IMG/VR virus record: IMGVR_UViG_2061766007_000036
Reading direction: 5' to 3' (one strand)
DNA length: 64,000 bases
Source of the DNA: an uncultured virus (IMG/VR IMGVR_UViG_2061766007_000036)
Lineage: Duplodnaviria > Heunggongvirae > Uroviricota > Caudoviricetes
Part shown: piece by piece, positions 1 through 7,364 of the stretch
How positions within the stretch are numbered: position 1 is the first letter of the stretch
How the letters are laid out: the number at the start of each line of letters is the position of its first letter
The notes under the pieces: model-generated
Database searches by the model: none
Seen by the model: only the letters and a program-made list of their open reading frames with translations
What the model was told of the DNA's origin: nothing
Made by a program: the position numbers and the translations under genes

Positions 1-58
1 CTGTTCTTTTTCTCTTTTATCAAACAATTCTTGAAGCGTGTTCATAAGAGCGTCAGCG

Positions 59-304
59 TCAATCAGTCTCATCGTTTTTCCTTTCTCCCCCGGCACAGTA
101 GAAGTTTCCGTAATTCCAAGTCTCGCCGGTATAGTGGCAAAGGTACATAGTGCTATCTTCTTCCCACTCCGCAAACTTACAATCCCGACATCGTACAACA
201 GGAACGGCATCAATGGTTGGTGCATGGTCTATATCACTTAACCAAACGCACCAAAAAGGGTCATCACACTGCTCTCTTAATGCGTCCGCATCAATCAGCC
301 TCAT
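59..304 (-). CDS. Small modular phage protein (MRLIDAD...PTIDAVPVVRCxxC...FYC..GER)
   Basis: RBS-like ggagagg before ATG 304; conserved family motifs; overlaps neighbouring genes. Confidence 0.75.
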   Translation of the reverse strand: MRLIDADALREQCDDPFWCVWLSDIDHAPTIDAVPVVRCRDCKFAEWEEDSTMYLCHYTGETWNYGNFYCAGGERKNDETD

Positions 305-536
305 CGCCTCTCCTTTCTCCGCTCTTACAAAACCAATCGTTATGAACCCATCCACCAACGATTGCACGACAGTAAACCATTCCCGGTTCTTCGTCTATGT
401 GCCAACGGCAGTCCTTGCACCGCACCACAGGGACGGCATCTATGGTTGGTGCGTGTTCAACCTCTATTGCTATTTCTGTAGCACTCAAAGCATATCCTGT
501 CCATTTTGGCAAAGCATCCGCATCAATCAGTCTCAT
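291..536 (-). CDS. Small modular phage protein (RLIDAD/CxxC family)
   Basis: Same motif order as 59-304. Confidence 0.75.
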   Translation of the reverse strand: MRLIDADALPKWTGYALSATEIAIEVEHAPTIDAVPVVRCKDCRWHIDEEPGMVYCRAIVGGWVHNDWFCKSGERRGDEAD

Positions 537-747
537 TGGTTCTCCTTTCTCCGTCTGCACAGTACCAATTCTGATGTCGTGTTCCATATAATTCACACCA
601 TCGGTCGTTATTTAACATTTTTGGTTGTATCCATTTTTCGTTGTATGGCTTGGAAAAAACGCAATCCTTGCATCGCACCAGTTCTCCCACAATCTCCTGC
701 TTTGTGGCTAAACCGCAGTCTGTTTCCCGCACTATGTATTCACTCAT
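523..747 (-). CDS. Small modular phage protein (MSEYIVRE...ELVRCKDC...WYCADGER)
   Basis: N-terminal half nearly identical to 54709-54933. Confidence 0.75.
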   Translation of the reverse strand: MSEYIVRETDCGLATKQEIVGELVRCKDCVFSKPYNEKWIQPKMLNNDRWCELYGTRHQNWYCADGERRTNETD

Positions 748-1361
748 CGTCTTTCTCCCCTTGCACAGTACCATTCTCCTGTTGGGTACATACCATACGC
801 ATCGCATCTGCCTTGCAGACTTGCTTCTTGCTTTGTCCACCATCTGCAATCCTTGCACCGCACCACTTGTACATAATCACCCGTCAAACCGCCATTGATN
901 NNNNNNNNNNNNNNNNNNNNNNNNNNNNNNNNNNNNNNNNNNNNNNNNNNNNNNNNNNNNNNNNNNNNNNNNNNNNNNNNNNNNNNNNNNNNNNNNNNNN
1001 NNNNNNNNNNNNNNNNNNNNNNNNNNNNNNNNNNNNNNNNNNNNNNNNNNNNNNNNNNNNNNNNNNNNNNNNNNNNNNNNNNNNNNNNNNNNNNNNNNNN
1101 NNNNNNNNNNNNNNNNNNNNNNNNNNNNNNNNNNNNNNNNNNNNNNNNNNNNNNNNNNNNNNNNNNNNNNNNNNNNNNNNNNNNNNNNNNNNNNNNNNNN
1201 NNNNNNNNNNNNNNNNAGGAATCCACCTCGGCTCTGCGGATGGCAAGTAGTCAAGAATACGCTCCACTTCATCCGCTGTAGTCTGCCCGCTTTCATCCCA
1301 GACAAGGCATTCATCAAATTCCTGATGCACCGCATCAATCGCCGTCTGGCGGCTGATTAAA

Positions 1362-1622
1362 TCACTCATTCGTTCTCCTCCCATCAGCGCAGAAATAATT
1401 ATTTCGCTTATAGCAATGGTTCAACGTGCAGTACATTTCTCTATCGTCTGAACAAGAGTTTGCCATCTTGCACTCCTTACACCGCACAACCTCAACGGCA
1501 TCTATGGTTGGCAACCGCTCTAATGCTTTGACCAAATCGCTCCTATCTTTTGGAGTTAAATAACATCCCATATACATCGCGTCAATCGCCGCCTGTCGGC
1601 TGATTAAATCAATCAGTCTCAT
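1362..1622 (-). CDS. Small modular phage protein (MRLIDLISRQAAID...VVRCKEC...FCADG)
   Basis: ggagg RBS before ATG 1622; family motifs. Confidence 0.7.
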   Translation of the reverse strand: MRLIDLISRQAAIDAMYMGCYLTPKDRSDLVKALERLPTIDAVEVVRCKECKMANSCSDDREMYCTLNHCYKRNNYFCADGRRTNE

Positions 1623-2460
1623 TCCACGCCTCCATCTCCTTGATCTTCCGGAGCAGCCGTTCCGTCTCCTCTGCCGGCACAGGTTCGCTCCATGCGTCCT
1701 TCTGCTTCTTCTGTGCCACGGCCTTCTTGTCTTCCTTCCGAGGGTAGACGGTGCGCCACTTCCGCTCCGCGCTTCTTCTGATCGCTGGCAGCCACTCCGC
1801 CCGAGGAAACTCCAGCCGGAGCTTGTCCAGGATCTCTCCCTGTTCTTTCGGCGAAAGCGGTGACCCGCTGCCAGCCATCTCCGACTGCCAAGTGAGGATG
1901 GCATCCGTCAAGTCCTGGTCATCCTGATTCATCACAAAAGCGGAGAACGGATCTCGCGCGCGCGTGTCTGCAAGATTGACAGTACTGTCTATCTTTCTCT
2001 TACTCTCACCTAACTCTAACTCTAACCTATCTCTATCTCTATCCTTACCTAACCTATCCTGTGCTTCCACTTTGGATACATCTTGTATACATTCTGTATC
2101 CAAGAGTTTTTCACCCTCTCCGAAGGTGTACGCGCCGTTCGGTTTTTTGGAGAGCTGCGCCCGCTCCTCCTGGTACACGGTCGGCTTGTATCTGTCCTTC
2201 TGGATGTAGTTGTGCATCCACCAGTGCTTGATCACGATGATGCCGGAATCGAACTCAAGCAGGAACCGCTTCGTCAGCAGGATCTTCGCGTCATCGTTCG
2301 ACGCGCCGACGATCCGCATCACCTTCTTCGGGTTGTTGATGAACCCATCGTCGTCGGCCCTCATGGCGAGGTGGAAGTAGAGGGCCTGCGCCGATGCCGG
2401 CATATCGAGGAAGGCGTCGCTGTCGATGATCGTCTTCGCGAACATTCTCCTCTCTGCCAT
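1609..2460 (-). CDS. Phage replication initiator (replisome organizer type)
   Basis: N-terminus MAERRMFAKTIIDSDAFLDMP..LYFHL.MRADDDGF is typical of Firmicutes phage initiators; low-complexity linker. Confidence 0.85.
   Translation of the reverse strand: MAERRMFAKTIIDSDAFLDMPASAQALYFHLAMRADDDGFINNPKKVMRIVGASNDDAKILLTKRFLLEFDSGIIVIKHWWMHNYIQKDRYKPTVYQEERAQLSKKPNGAYTFGEGEKLLDTECIQDVSKVEAQDRLGKDRDRDRLELELGESKRKIDSTVNLADTRARDPFSAFVMNQDDQDLTDAILTWQSEMAGSGSPLSPKEQGEILDKLRLEFPRAEWLPAIRRSAERKWRTVYPRKEDKKAVAQKKQKDAWSEPVPAEETERLLRKIKEMEAWNETD
2009..2103. promoter_or_regulatory. Probable replication origin inside the initiator gene
   Basis: ctaact/ctatct hexamer repeats at 2009-2058 and inverted repeat ttggataca...tgtatccaa at 2072-2103. 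Confidence 0.5.
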
Positions 2461-2825
2461 CAGAACGGCAGCTCCCCATCGTCCACCTCAACCGGCTCAA
2501 AGTCTGCCGGCTGGCTGTCGGTCTTCTTGTCGCAGAAGTCCACCTGATCCACCACAAGCTCCCAGACGGTGCGCTTGTTGCCGTCCTTGTCTTCGTACTT
2601 CCTGGACTGCATGGAGCCGGTCACGCCCATCTTTCTGCCCTTGGTGAAGTACTGGGCGACGAACTCGCCGGTCTGCCGCCATGCCACGCAGCTGAAGAAG
2701 TCCGTGGTGTCCTTCACATGGGGCCTGTCCACAGCCAGGGTGAACGAGGCCACCGGGATGCCGCTCTGTGTCTTCCGAAGCTCCGGATCTGCCGTGAGCC
2801 TGCCTATAACGCTGATGCTATTCAT
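2460..2825 (-). CDS. ssb: Single-stranded DNA-binding protein
   Basis: N..IGRLTADPELR OB-fold start; acidic C-terminus DDGELPF. Confidence 0.95.
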   Translation of the reverse strand: MNSISVIGRLTADPELRKTQSGIPVASFTLAVDRPHVKDTTDFFSCVAWRQTGEFVAQYFTKGRKMGVTGSMQSRKYEDKDGNKRTVWELVVDQVDFCDKKTDSQPADFEPVEVDDGELPF

Positions 2826-3133
2826 TTGTCTTCCTCCTCAAGATATGATCTTCCAAAGTACCGCCGGAACTCTTGCCGGCTGTGTTCTTCCTCAAATTTG
2901 CGCTGGCACCACTGCTTCAGCTTCAGATCCAGCACCTTGTTGAAGTGCACTCCGCTGTCGCTCATGTTGTGATGCCAGGGGCAGAGATACACCCAGCAGC
3001 CGAACTTCTCCGACCACTCCCGCCGTCCTATGCCGCCATAGATGTGATGCTTGTGCAGGGTGCGGGTGTCGTGGCAGATGAAGCACTGCCGCTCGTTGCT
3101 TACGATAGATTTTGCGATGACGGTGACCCCCAT
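2822..3133 (-). CDS. Hypothetical protein with HNH-like/Zn motif
   Basis: CFIC..LHKHHIYGG..LCPWHH..GVH. Confidence 0.6.
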   Translation of the reverse strand: MGVTVIAKSIVSNERQCFICHDTRTLHKHHIYGGIGRREWSEKFGCWVYLCPWHHNMSDSGVHFNKVLDLKLKQWCQRKFEEEHSRQEFRRYFGRSYLEEEDK

Positions 3134-3447
3134 TCTCGTTGGATTTGGCTCTCGATCAGCCGGAGCTGGAGCTTCAGGGAGTTGATGGCTTCCTGATTCG
3201 CCTCATAGACGGTCTTCGCTATGTCGCGCCGGAATCGGGCCTCCGCCACGGAGGGGATGCCGTAGCAGGTCAGGCTGATCATGCCGATGGCCATCCCCTC
3301 GTCCCGGAGCTTCATGCACTCGGTGCGGAGGAGGACTTTGTAAGCCCTCTCCGCCTCCGCGTACTCCGTGCCGTTCTTCCGGAGCTGTTTGATGGACGCG
3401 TCCAGCTGTTTCTTCTTGCTGTCAAGCTCCTCGTATAGCTCCATCAC
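3100..3447 (-). CDS. Conserved phage coiled-coil protein
   Basis: Coupled ORF within the recombination operon. Confidence 0.7.
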   Translation of the reverse strand: MMELYEELDSKKKQLDASIKQLRKNGTEYAEAERAYKVLLRTECMKLRDEGMAIGMISLTCYGIPSVAEARFRRDIAKTVYEANQEAINSLKLQLRLIESQIQREWGSPSSQNLS

Positions 3448-4034
3448 TTCTTACCGCTCCAGGCTTCCTGGGCGCAGGCGAGGCAGTAGTTCTTGCCGAA
3501 GCTCTTCTGCGAGAACTCCACCTGACCTTCCACGCTCTGGATCTGCCCCTTGCTGTTCCGGGTCGGCTGGATCTCCTTCCCGCATCCCTCGCAGACGATG
3601 GTCTGGTACGGCTTGCCGGTCTTGTATGTGTCGCTCATCGTCCCGGCATCCTCCGGCAGATCCTCGCCGGCGTAGATGTACAAGCCGAGGCCGTGGCGGG
3701 CGCAGGCCTTCGTCAGGGATCTCTGGATGGCCTTGTTCACGTCAAAGCTCGTCACGCTCTCCGCCGGGATGGAGCGGTTCCGGGTGTCCATGATCGGCAA
3801 ATACTCGATGTGCTCGATGCCGTTCACCGTCACGCCGGTCTTCACCCATGCGGTTGAGCCGTCGGTGTGGTAATTCCAGCCGTTCGCGTTCTCGTAGATC
3901 GTGTATGTGGCATCCGGGTGGCGTTTCTTGATTTCTGCCCATGCGAAGGGCCAGGAAACGTAGGACAGGCCGTTCTTCTTTTCGACCTTGTCGTTCACGT
4001 TGACGCTGTACAGCTCCTGAAAGTAGTTATCCAT
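3444..4034 (-). CDS. Sak3/DUF1071-like single-strand annealing protein
   Basis: VEKKNGLSYVSW..AW and FDVNKAIQRSLTKACARHGLGLYIYAGEDLP; C-terminal zinc finger. Confidence 0.85.
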   Translation of the reverse strand: MDNYFQELYSVNVNDKVEKKNGLSYVSWPFAWAEIKKRHPDATYTIYENANGWNYHTDGSTAWVKTGVTVNGIEHIEYLPIMDTRNRSIPAESVTSFDVNKAIQRSLTKACARHGLGLYIYAGEDLPEDAGTMSDTYKTGKPYQTIVCEGCGKEIQPTRNSKGQIQSVEGQVEFSQKSFGKNYCLACAQEAWSGKK

Positions 4035-4320
4035 TGTTCTCCTCCTCGTAGAACAGAGCCGACCACTTCAGCTCGTTCAGCTGATCCATGATGTACTTGT
4101 AGTCCTCGTTGACTTCGACCAGATGGAGCGGGAACTGGAACTCCTCCCGCTCGTCTCCGCTCCAGTGCGCCGCCGTGAAGGTCAGCCTGCCTCTGTAGTT
4201 CTGGAACTCCCACGAGAAGCAGGGGAACTGATCCTTCAGCTCCATGCACTTCCTGGTCACGTTCATGACCTTGTCTCGGAGGGTCTTGCCCTTCGTGTGT
4301 ATGATCACTTTCACCATCAC
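4027..4320 (-). CDS. Hypothetical protein
   Basis: Overlapping start/stop within the operon. Confidence 0.6.
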   Translation of the reverse strand: MMVKVIIHTKGKTLRDKVMNVTRKCMELKDQFPCFSWEFQNYRGRLTFTAAHWSGDEREEFQFPLHLVEVNEDYKYIMDQLNELKWSALFYEEENNG

Positions 4321-4799
4321 TTCACCTGCATCGTCTGCCGCTCTACGAGTTCAGCACCGGGGATCTGGTCGCCAAACTCGATGTGCTTCTTCATGGCGGT
4401 CTTGTTCAGCGTGGTGGTGGTCTTCATGCAGTCAAAGAAGCAATGCTCGACAAGCCACATCTCCGCCGCCTTCTCGTCCGTGATCTCCACGGCCTTCGTC
4501 TTTCTGTAGCCGATGGTGTAGTCCGCCGTCTTGCGCTTCTCTCCGGCGAGATACTCCTGCAGGAACTCACGCAGCCGTTCGGCCTTCTTCTTCGCCGCTC
4601 TGGCCCTCTCGGTCAGCTCGTCCGCTCTCTCCTTGACCATCTTCGCCTCGGCCTCCAGCTCGATGATCCACTTCGCCGTGTTGTCTATCTTCTCGTCTCT
4701 GGCCATCTGAAGCTCTTCAAAGGCTTCGTAGTCCCGGATCTCCCCGGTCTCCGGGTCGATGAGGGTGGCCATCTCCTGCGCGATCTCATACAGTGTCAT
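4317..4799 (-). CDS. Siphovirus Gp157-family protein
   Basis: MTLYEI..DPETGEI start; IPGAELVERQTMQVK end. Confidence 0.85.
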   Translation of the reverse strand: MTLYEIAQEMATLIDPETGEIRDYEAFEELQMARDEKIDNTAKWIIELEAEAKMVKERADELTERARAAKKKAERLREFLQEYLAGEKRKTADYTIGYRKTKAVEITDEKAAEMWLVEHCFFDCMKTTTTLNKTAMKKHIEFGDQIPGAELVERQTMQVK

Positions 4800-5080
4800 G
4801 CTGTCACCTCCAGGATCTGCTGGACGAGCTTCGGCACATCGCAGAAGCCGTCATTCTTTGTTCCCACAATGAAGATGGGGCCGTAGAACTCGATACCGCC
4901 GAGCGTGGTGTTGTAGGGCAGCTCCTTGATGCGCCCCTCATCGTCGCAGACGATGCAGCAAGTCCTGTCGACCGTCACCGTCTCGATGTACCCGCCCACT
5001 TCGGCCTGCATGGCCTCCAGCGTGTTCGGGATCTCCTTCGCGTAGTAACCCTTGCCGGGTTCTTTCTTCAGGATCTTCAT
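4796..5080 (-). CDS. DUF3846-like protein
   Basis: NTLEAMQAEVGGYIETV..DDEGRIKELPYN. Confidence 0.75.
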   Translation of the reverse strand: MKILKKEPGKGYYAKEIPNTLEAMQAEVGGYIETVTVDRTCCIVCDDEGRIKELPYNTTLGGIEFYGPIFIVGTKNDGFCDVPKLVQQILEVTA

Positions 5081-5670
5081 GCGATCTCCTCCCATGTGAA
5101 TCTGCCGTAACCGGCGTTGCGCCACTGGCCCATACCGTGGAGTGCTCCGTAGTCCAGCCACTCGCGGACAAGGTTCGCGTCATCGTCTACCAGCAGGCGC
5201 ACGGTGAACTCGATGGAAGCTCCGGCGCGGATCGTCTCGCTGTTCGCCAGTGCGATGCGTTCGCCCATCGGCGTGGAGGCCCGGAGAGGCCTCTGCAGGT
5301 CGTACCGCTTGCCGGTCTCCGTGATCCTGATCCGGCGGGGTGCGGGGAAGATCCGCAGGTCAATCTGCTGTTTGTAGGCTTTCAGCTTGCTGGACAGCGT
5401 ACCGGGCACTTTGGACAGGGCCTTGCAGGATTCCTTGAAGTATCCCTTGATCTGGTAGTCCCAGAAGATGGGCGTGCCGTCCGTGTCCTTCGGAAAAATG
5501 GTCTTGCCGTTCTCGACTACCGCATCGATGCCGAGGGCCTCGACCTCTTCGGCGGTGCTCCATGCGTCCGGAGCTTTGCTGGCTATGTAGTTCTCGTGCA
5601 GATGGGGATCGTTGCTGGAAGATCCGAGGAGATCCTCCGTGAATGTGATGCGAATTGTCATTTCCTTCAT
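5077..5670 (-). CDS. Stand-alone Cas7/RAMP-like protein, 197 aa
   Basis: aaaggag RBS. N-terminal strand IRITFTEDLLGS; P-x-x-x-x-x-x-IKG-x-FKE helix motif (TPIFWDYQIKGYFKE); SETI..G..IEFTV strand; C-terminal G-rich loop GMGQWRNAGYGRF typical of RAMPs. Confidence 0.75.
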   Translation of the reverse strand: MKEMTIRITFTEDLLGSSSNDPHLHENYIASKAPDAWSTAEEVEALGIDAVVENGKTIFPKDTDGTPIFWDYQIKGYFKESCKALSKVPGTLSSKLKAYKQQIDLRIFPAPRRIRITETGKRYDLQRPLRASTPMGERIALANSETIRAGASIEFTVRLLVDDDANLVREWLDYGALHGMGQWRNAGYGRFTWEEIA

Positions 5671-5687
5671 GTTCTGTTCTCCTTTGT

Positions 5688-5906
5688 TCATTTGATGAGA
5701 AAGTAGCGGGCGTGCCGTTCCGGCTCTCCGTAGCGGTTTTTGCCCTCTTCCATGGTCTTGCCGATCTTGTAGCCGGCTCGCTTCAGGTCGCAGATCCGCG
5801 AGGCCAGACGGAAGCATCCGTACAGCTGGAACGCCTCCAGCTGGCTGATGCTGCCATATGCCAGGATGTGCGCGATGATCTTGTCTACCTGTGCCATCGT
5901 CTTCAT
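5688..5906 (-). CDS. Winged helix-turn-helix protein
   Basis: GSISQLEAFQLYGCFRLASRICDLK..GY.I; aggagg RBS. Confidence 0.8.
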   Translation of the reverse strand: MKTMAQVDKIIAHILAYGSISQLEAFQLYGCFRLASRICDLKRAGYKIGKTMEEGKNRYGEPERHARYFLIK

Positions 5907-5920
5907 GTGTCCTCCTTTCT

Positions 5921-6280
5921 ACTCAACGCAGTTCTATTCCCTTGCTTTCTGTTCCAAACTTCGCCGTTGCCATCGAGGCCAAGCTATGCCTACGCCTCTC
6001 CTGTCTACGCATAGCCATCGCGATCCCGCGCATAGCCTTCGCAAATCCGCTCATCTCTGTGCCGCTCGCGGCAGTGCTCCTCCTTGCCTCTGCTGTCACG
6101 TCATTGCTGTGAACTGCCATGCCATGGCGATGCTCTTCAATGCCATCGCAGTGCTCACTTCGCCGTTGCAAATCCATGCCTTGCTGCGCCCCCGCTATCC
6201 GTGCATGGGATGGCCTTCGCCGTCCACGCATTACCAATGCACTGCTGCGCCACGCATTACCGCCGCACTGCTCTCCGGAT
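5921..6280 (-). repeat. Degenerate pentamer array (NG[C/A]-NN)n; candidate guide-like ncRNA
   Basis: Minus strand 6016->5976 reads GGC-ta TGC-gt AGA-ca GGA-ga GGC-gta GGC-at AGC-tt GGC-ct. The anchor gccNNYgc (plus strand) recurs mostly at 15/16, 20/21 and 25/26 nt spacings. Confidence 0.75.
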
Positions 6281-6421
6281 GCTCACGAGGATCGTGATGG
6301 CTGCCGCCGTCAGTATCCAGAGGATGATGCTTGCTCCGATGCCCAGCAGGCCGCGCTCCAGACCGCCTACTACTCCCAGCCCGAACAGGCCGAAAAGGAT
6401 AATCAATGCTTCCAGGATCAT
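6257..6421 (-). CDS. Small two-TM membrane protein, 54 aa
   Basis: Hand translation MILEALIILFGLFGLGVVGGLERGLLGIG...; similar to 16558-16737. Confidence 0.7.
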   Translation of the reverse strand: MILEALIILFGLFGLGVVGGLERGLLGIGASIILWILTAAAITILVSIRRAVRR

Positions 6422-6648
6422 GTTCTTCTCCTTCCAGTTACCATCCGGATGATGTCCTCATCCGTGGCTCGTGTTGCTTCTACCAGCTTCCGGAACTCAT
6501 CGAGGGTCATCGTTCCGAAGTCCTTCTGCCGTCTCTGCCATGTCCTCTCCGGGATCTTCGTCCGCGCCGCCGCGTCCTGCGCGGTCAGCTGATTTACTGC
6601 CTTCCAGCCGGCGAAAACCTCCCGGATCTTCTCGTCGCCTCTGTTCAT
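6418..6648 (-). CDS. HTH DNA-binding protein
   Basis: TAQDAAARTKIPERTWQRR..MTLDEF. Confidence 0.7.
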   Translation of the reverse strand: MNRGDEKIREVFAGWKAVNQLTAQDAAARTKIPERTWQRRQKDFGTMTLDEFRKLVEATRATDEDIIRMVTGRRRT

Positions 6649-6665
6649 GTTCTCACCTTACTTTG

Positions 6666-6872
6666 TCAGTCCTGACCTTGCATCCAAGGCATAAAAATGT
6701 CCGAAGGGCTGACTCCGTACAATGCACAGAGCCGGAAGAACGTGGTCACCTTCGGTGTTCTCTCCCCTCGCTCCCATCGGCACAGGCTTGCCGTGGTCGT
6801 CCCCAGCTTGGCGGCTGCTTCCGCTTGCGTCATCTTCGCCGCCACTCTGGCTGTCTTCAGATCCATCGTCAT
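6666..6872 (-). CDS. Cro-like XRE regulator
   Basis: MTQAEAAAKLGTTTASLCRWERGERTP; divergent from the repressor. Confidence 0.85.
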   Translation of the reverse strand: MTMDLKTARVAAKMTQAEAAAKLGTTTASLCRWERGERTPKVTTFFRLCALYGVSPSDIFMPWMQGQD

Positions 6873-6904
6873 GTGTTCACCTCCTCTGCAAGTTTTACGC
6901 TGTC

Positions 6905-6933
6905 ATTGTAAGGCTACAACTTGCACTTGTCAA
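6905..6933 (-). promoter_or_regulatory. SigA promoter for the leftward early operon
   Basis: TTGACA-N17-TACAAT on the minus strand. Confidence 0.75.
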
Positions 6934-7009
6934 TAATTAATTTACAGTTTAGTCAAAAACTTTTCGCTTTCAGCCCATAAAATAAGGCCACACCTTACGC
7001 TTGGAGGAC

Positions 7010-7345
7010 ATGAAGATGAAGACTGAACAGGAATACGCCGCCATTTTTGCCAGGAATCTCGCCCGGCAGATTGACCGCGCGGATATGTCAAAAGCTGAAC
7101 TCGGTGCCATCCTCGGTGTCTCTCGTGCAACCGTCTCCGACTGGACGACCGGGAAGATCCAGCCGCGCCTGCCGATGTTCTTCCGGATCTGCGAGGCTCT
7201 AGACTGCGAGCCGAACGTGCTCGCCGGTTTCTCCTCCTCCGCCACGCCGAAGATGGTGGACGCATACCTTGACGCGCCGCGTCCGATCCAGGAAGCCGTG
7301 GACGGTCTGCTCGCTCCCTATAAAAAGGGAATCGCGGTCGGCTGA
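7010..7345 (+). CDS. CI-like XRE repressor
   Basis: SKAELGAILGVSRATVSDWTTGKIQP; ggagg RBS; upstream of the integrase. Confidence 0.85.
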   Translation: MKMKTEQEYAAIFARNLARQIDRADMSKAELGAILGVSRATVSDWTTGKIQPRLPMFFRICEALDCEPNVLAGFSSSATPKMVDAYLDAPRPIQEAVDGLLAPYKKGIAVG

Positions 7346-7364
7346 TCCGGCTGGAGGACTACCG

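Noticed and set aside
5671..5817. Longer 246-aa start for the RAMP-like ORF
   Set aside because: It overlaps the wHTH gene, and a good RBS precedes ATG 5670.
5923..6237. 104-aa ORF over the array as a real protein
   Set aside because: Its A/R/M/G/S-rich composition follows from the pentamer pattern and it has no clear RBS. It was not called as a CDS, although coupled translation cannot be excluded.
5921..6280. CRISPR array next to the Cas7-like gene
   Set aside because: There are no identical 25-40 nt repeats with unique spacers; the structure is a degenerate 5-nt period.
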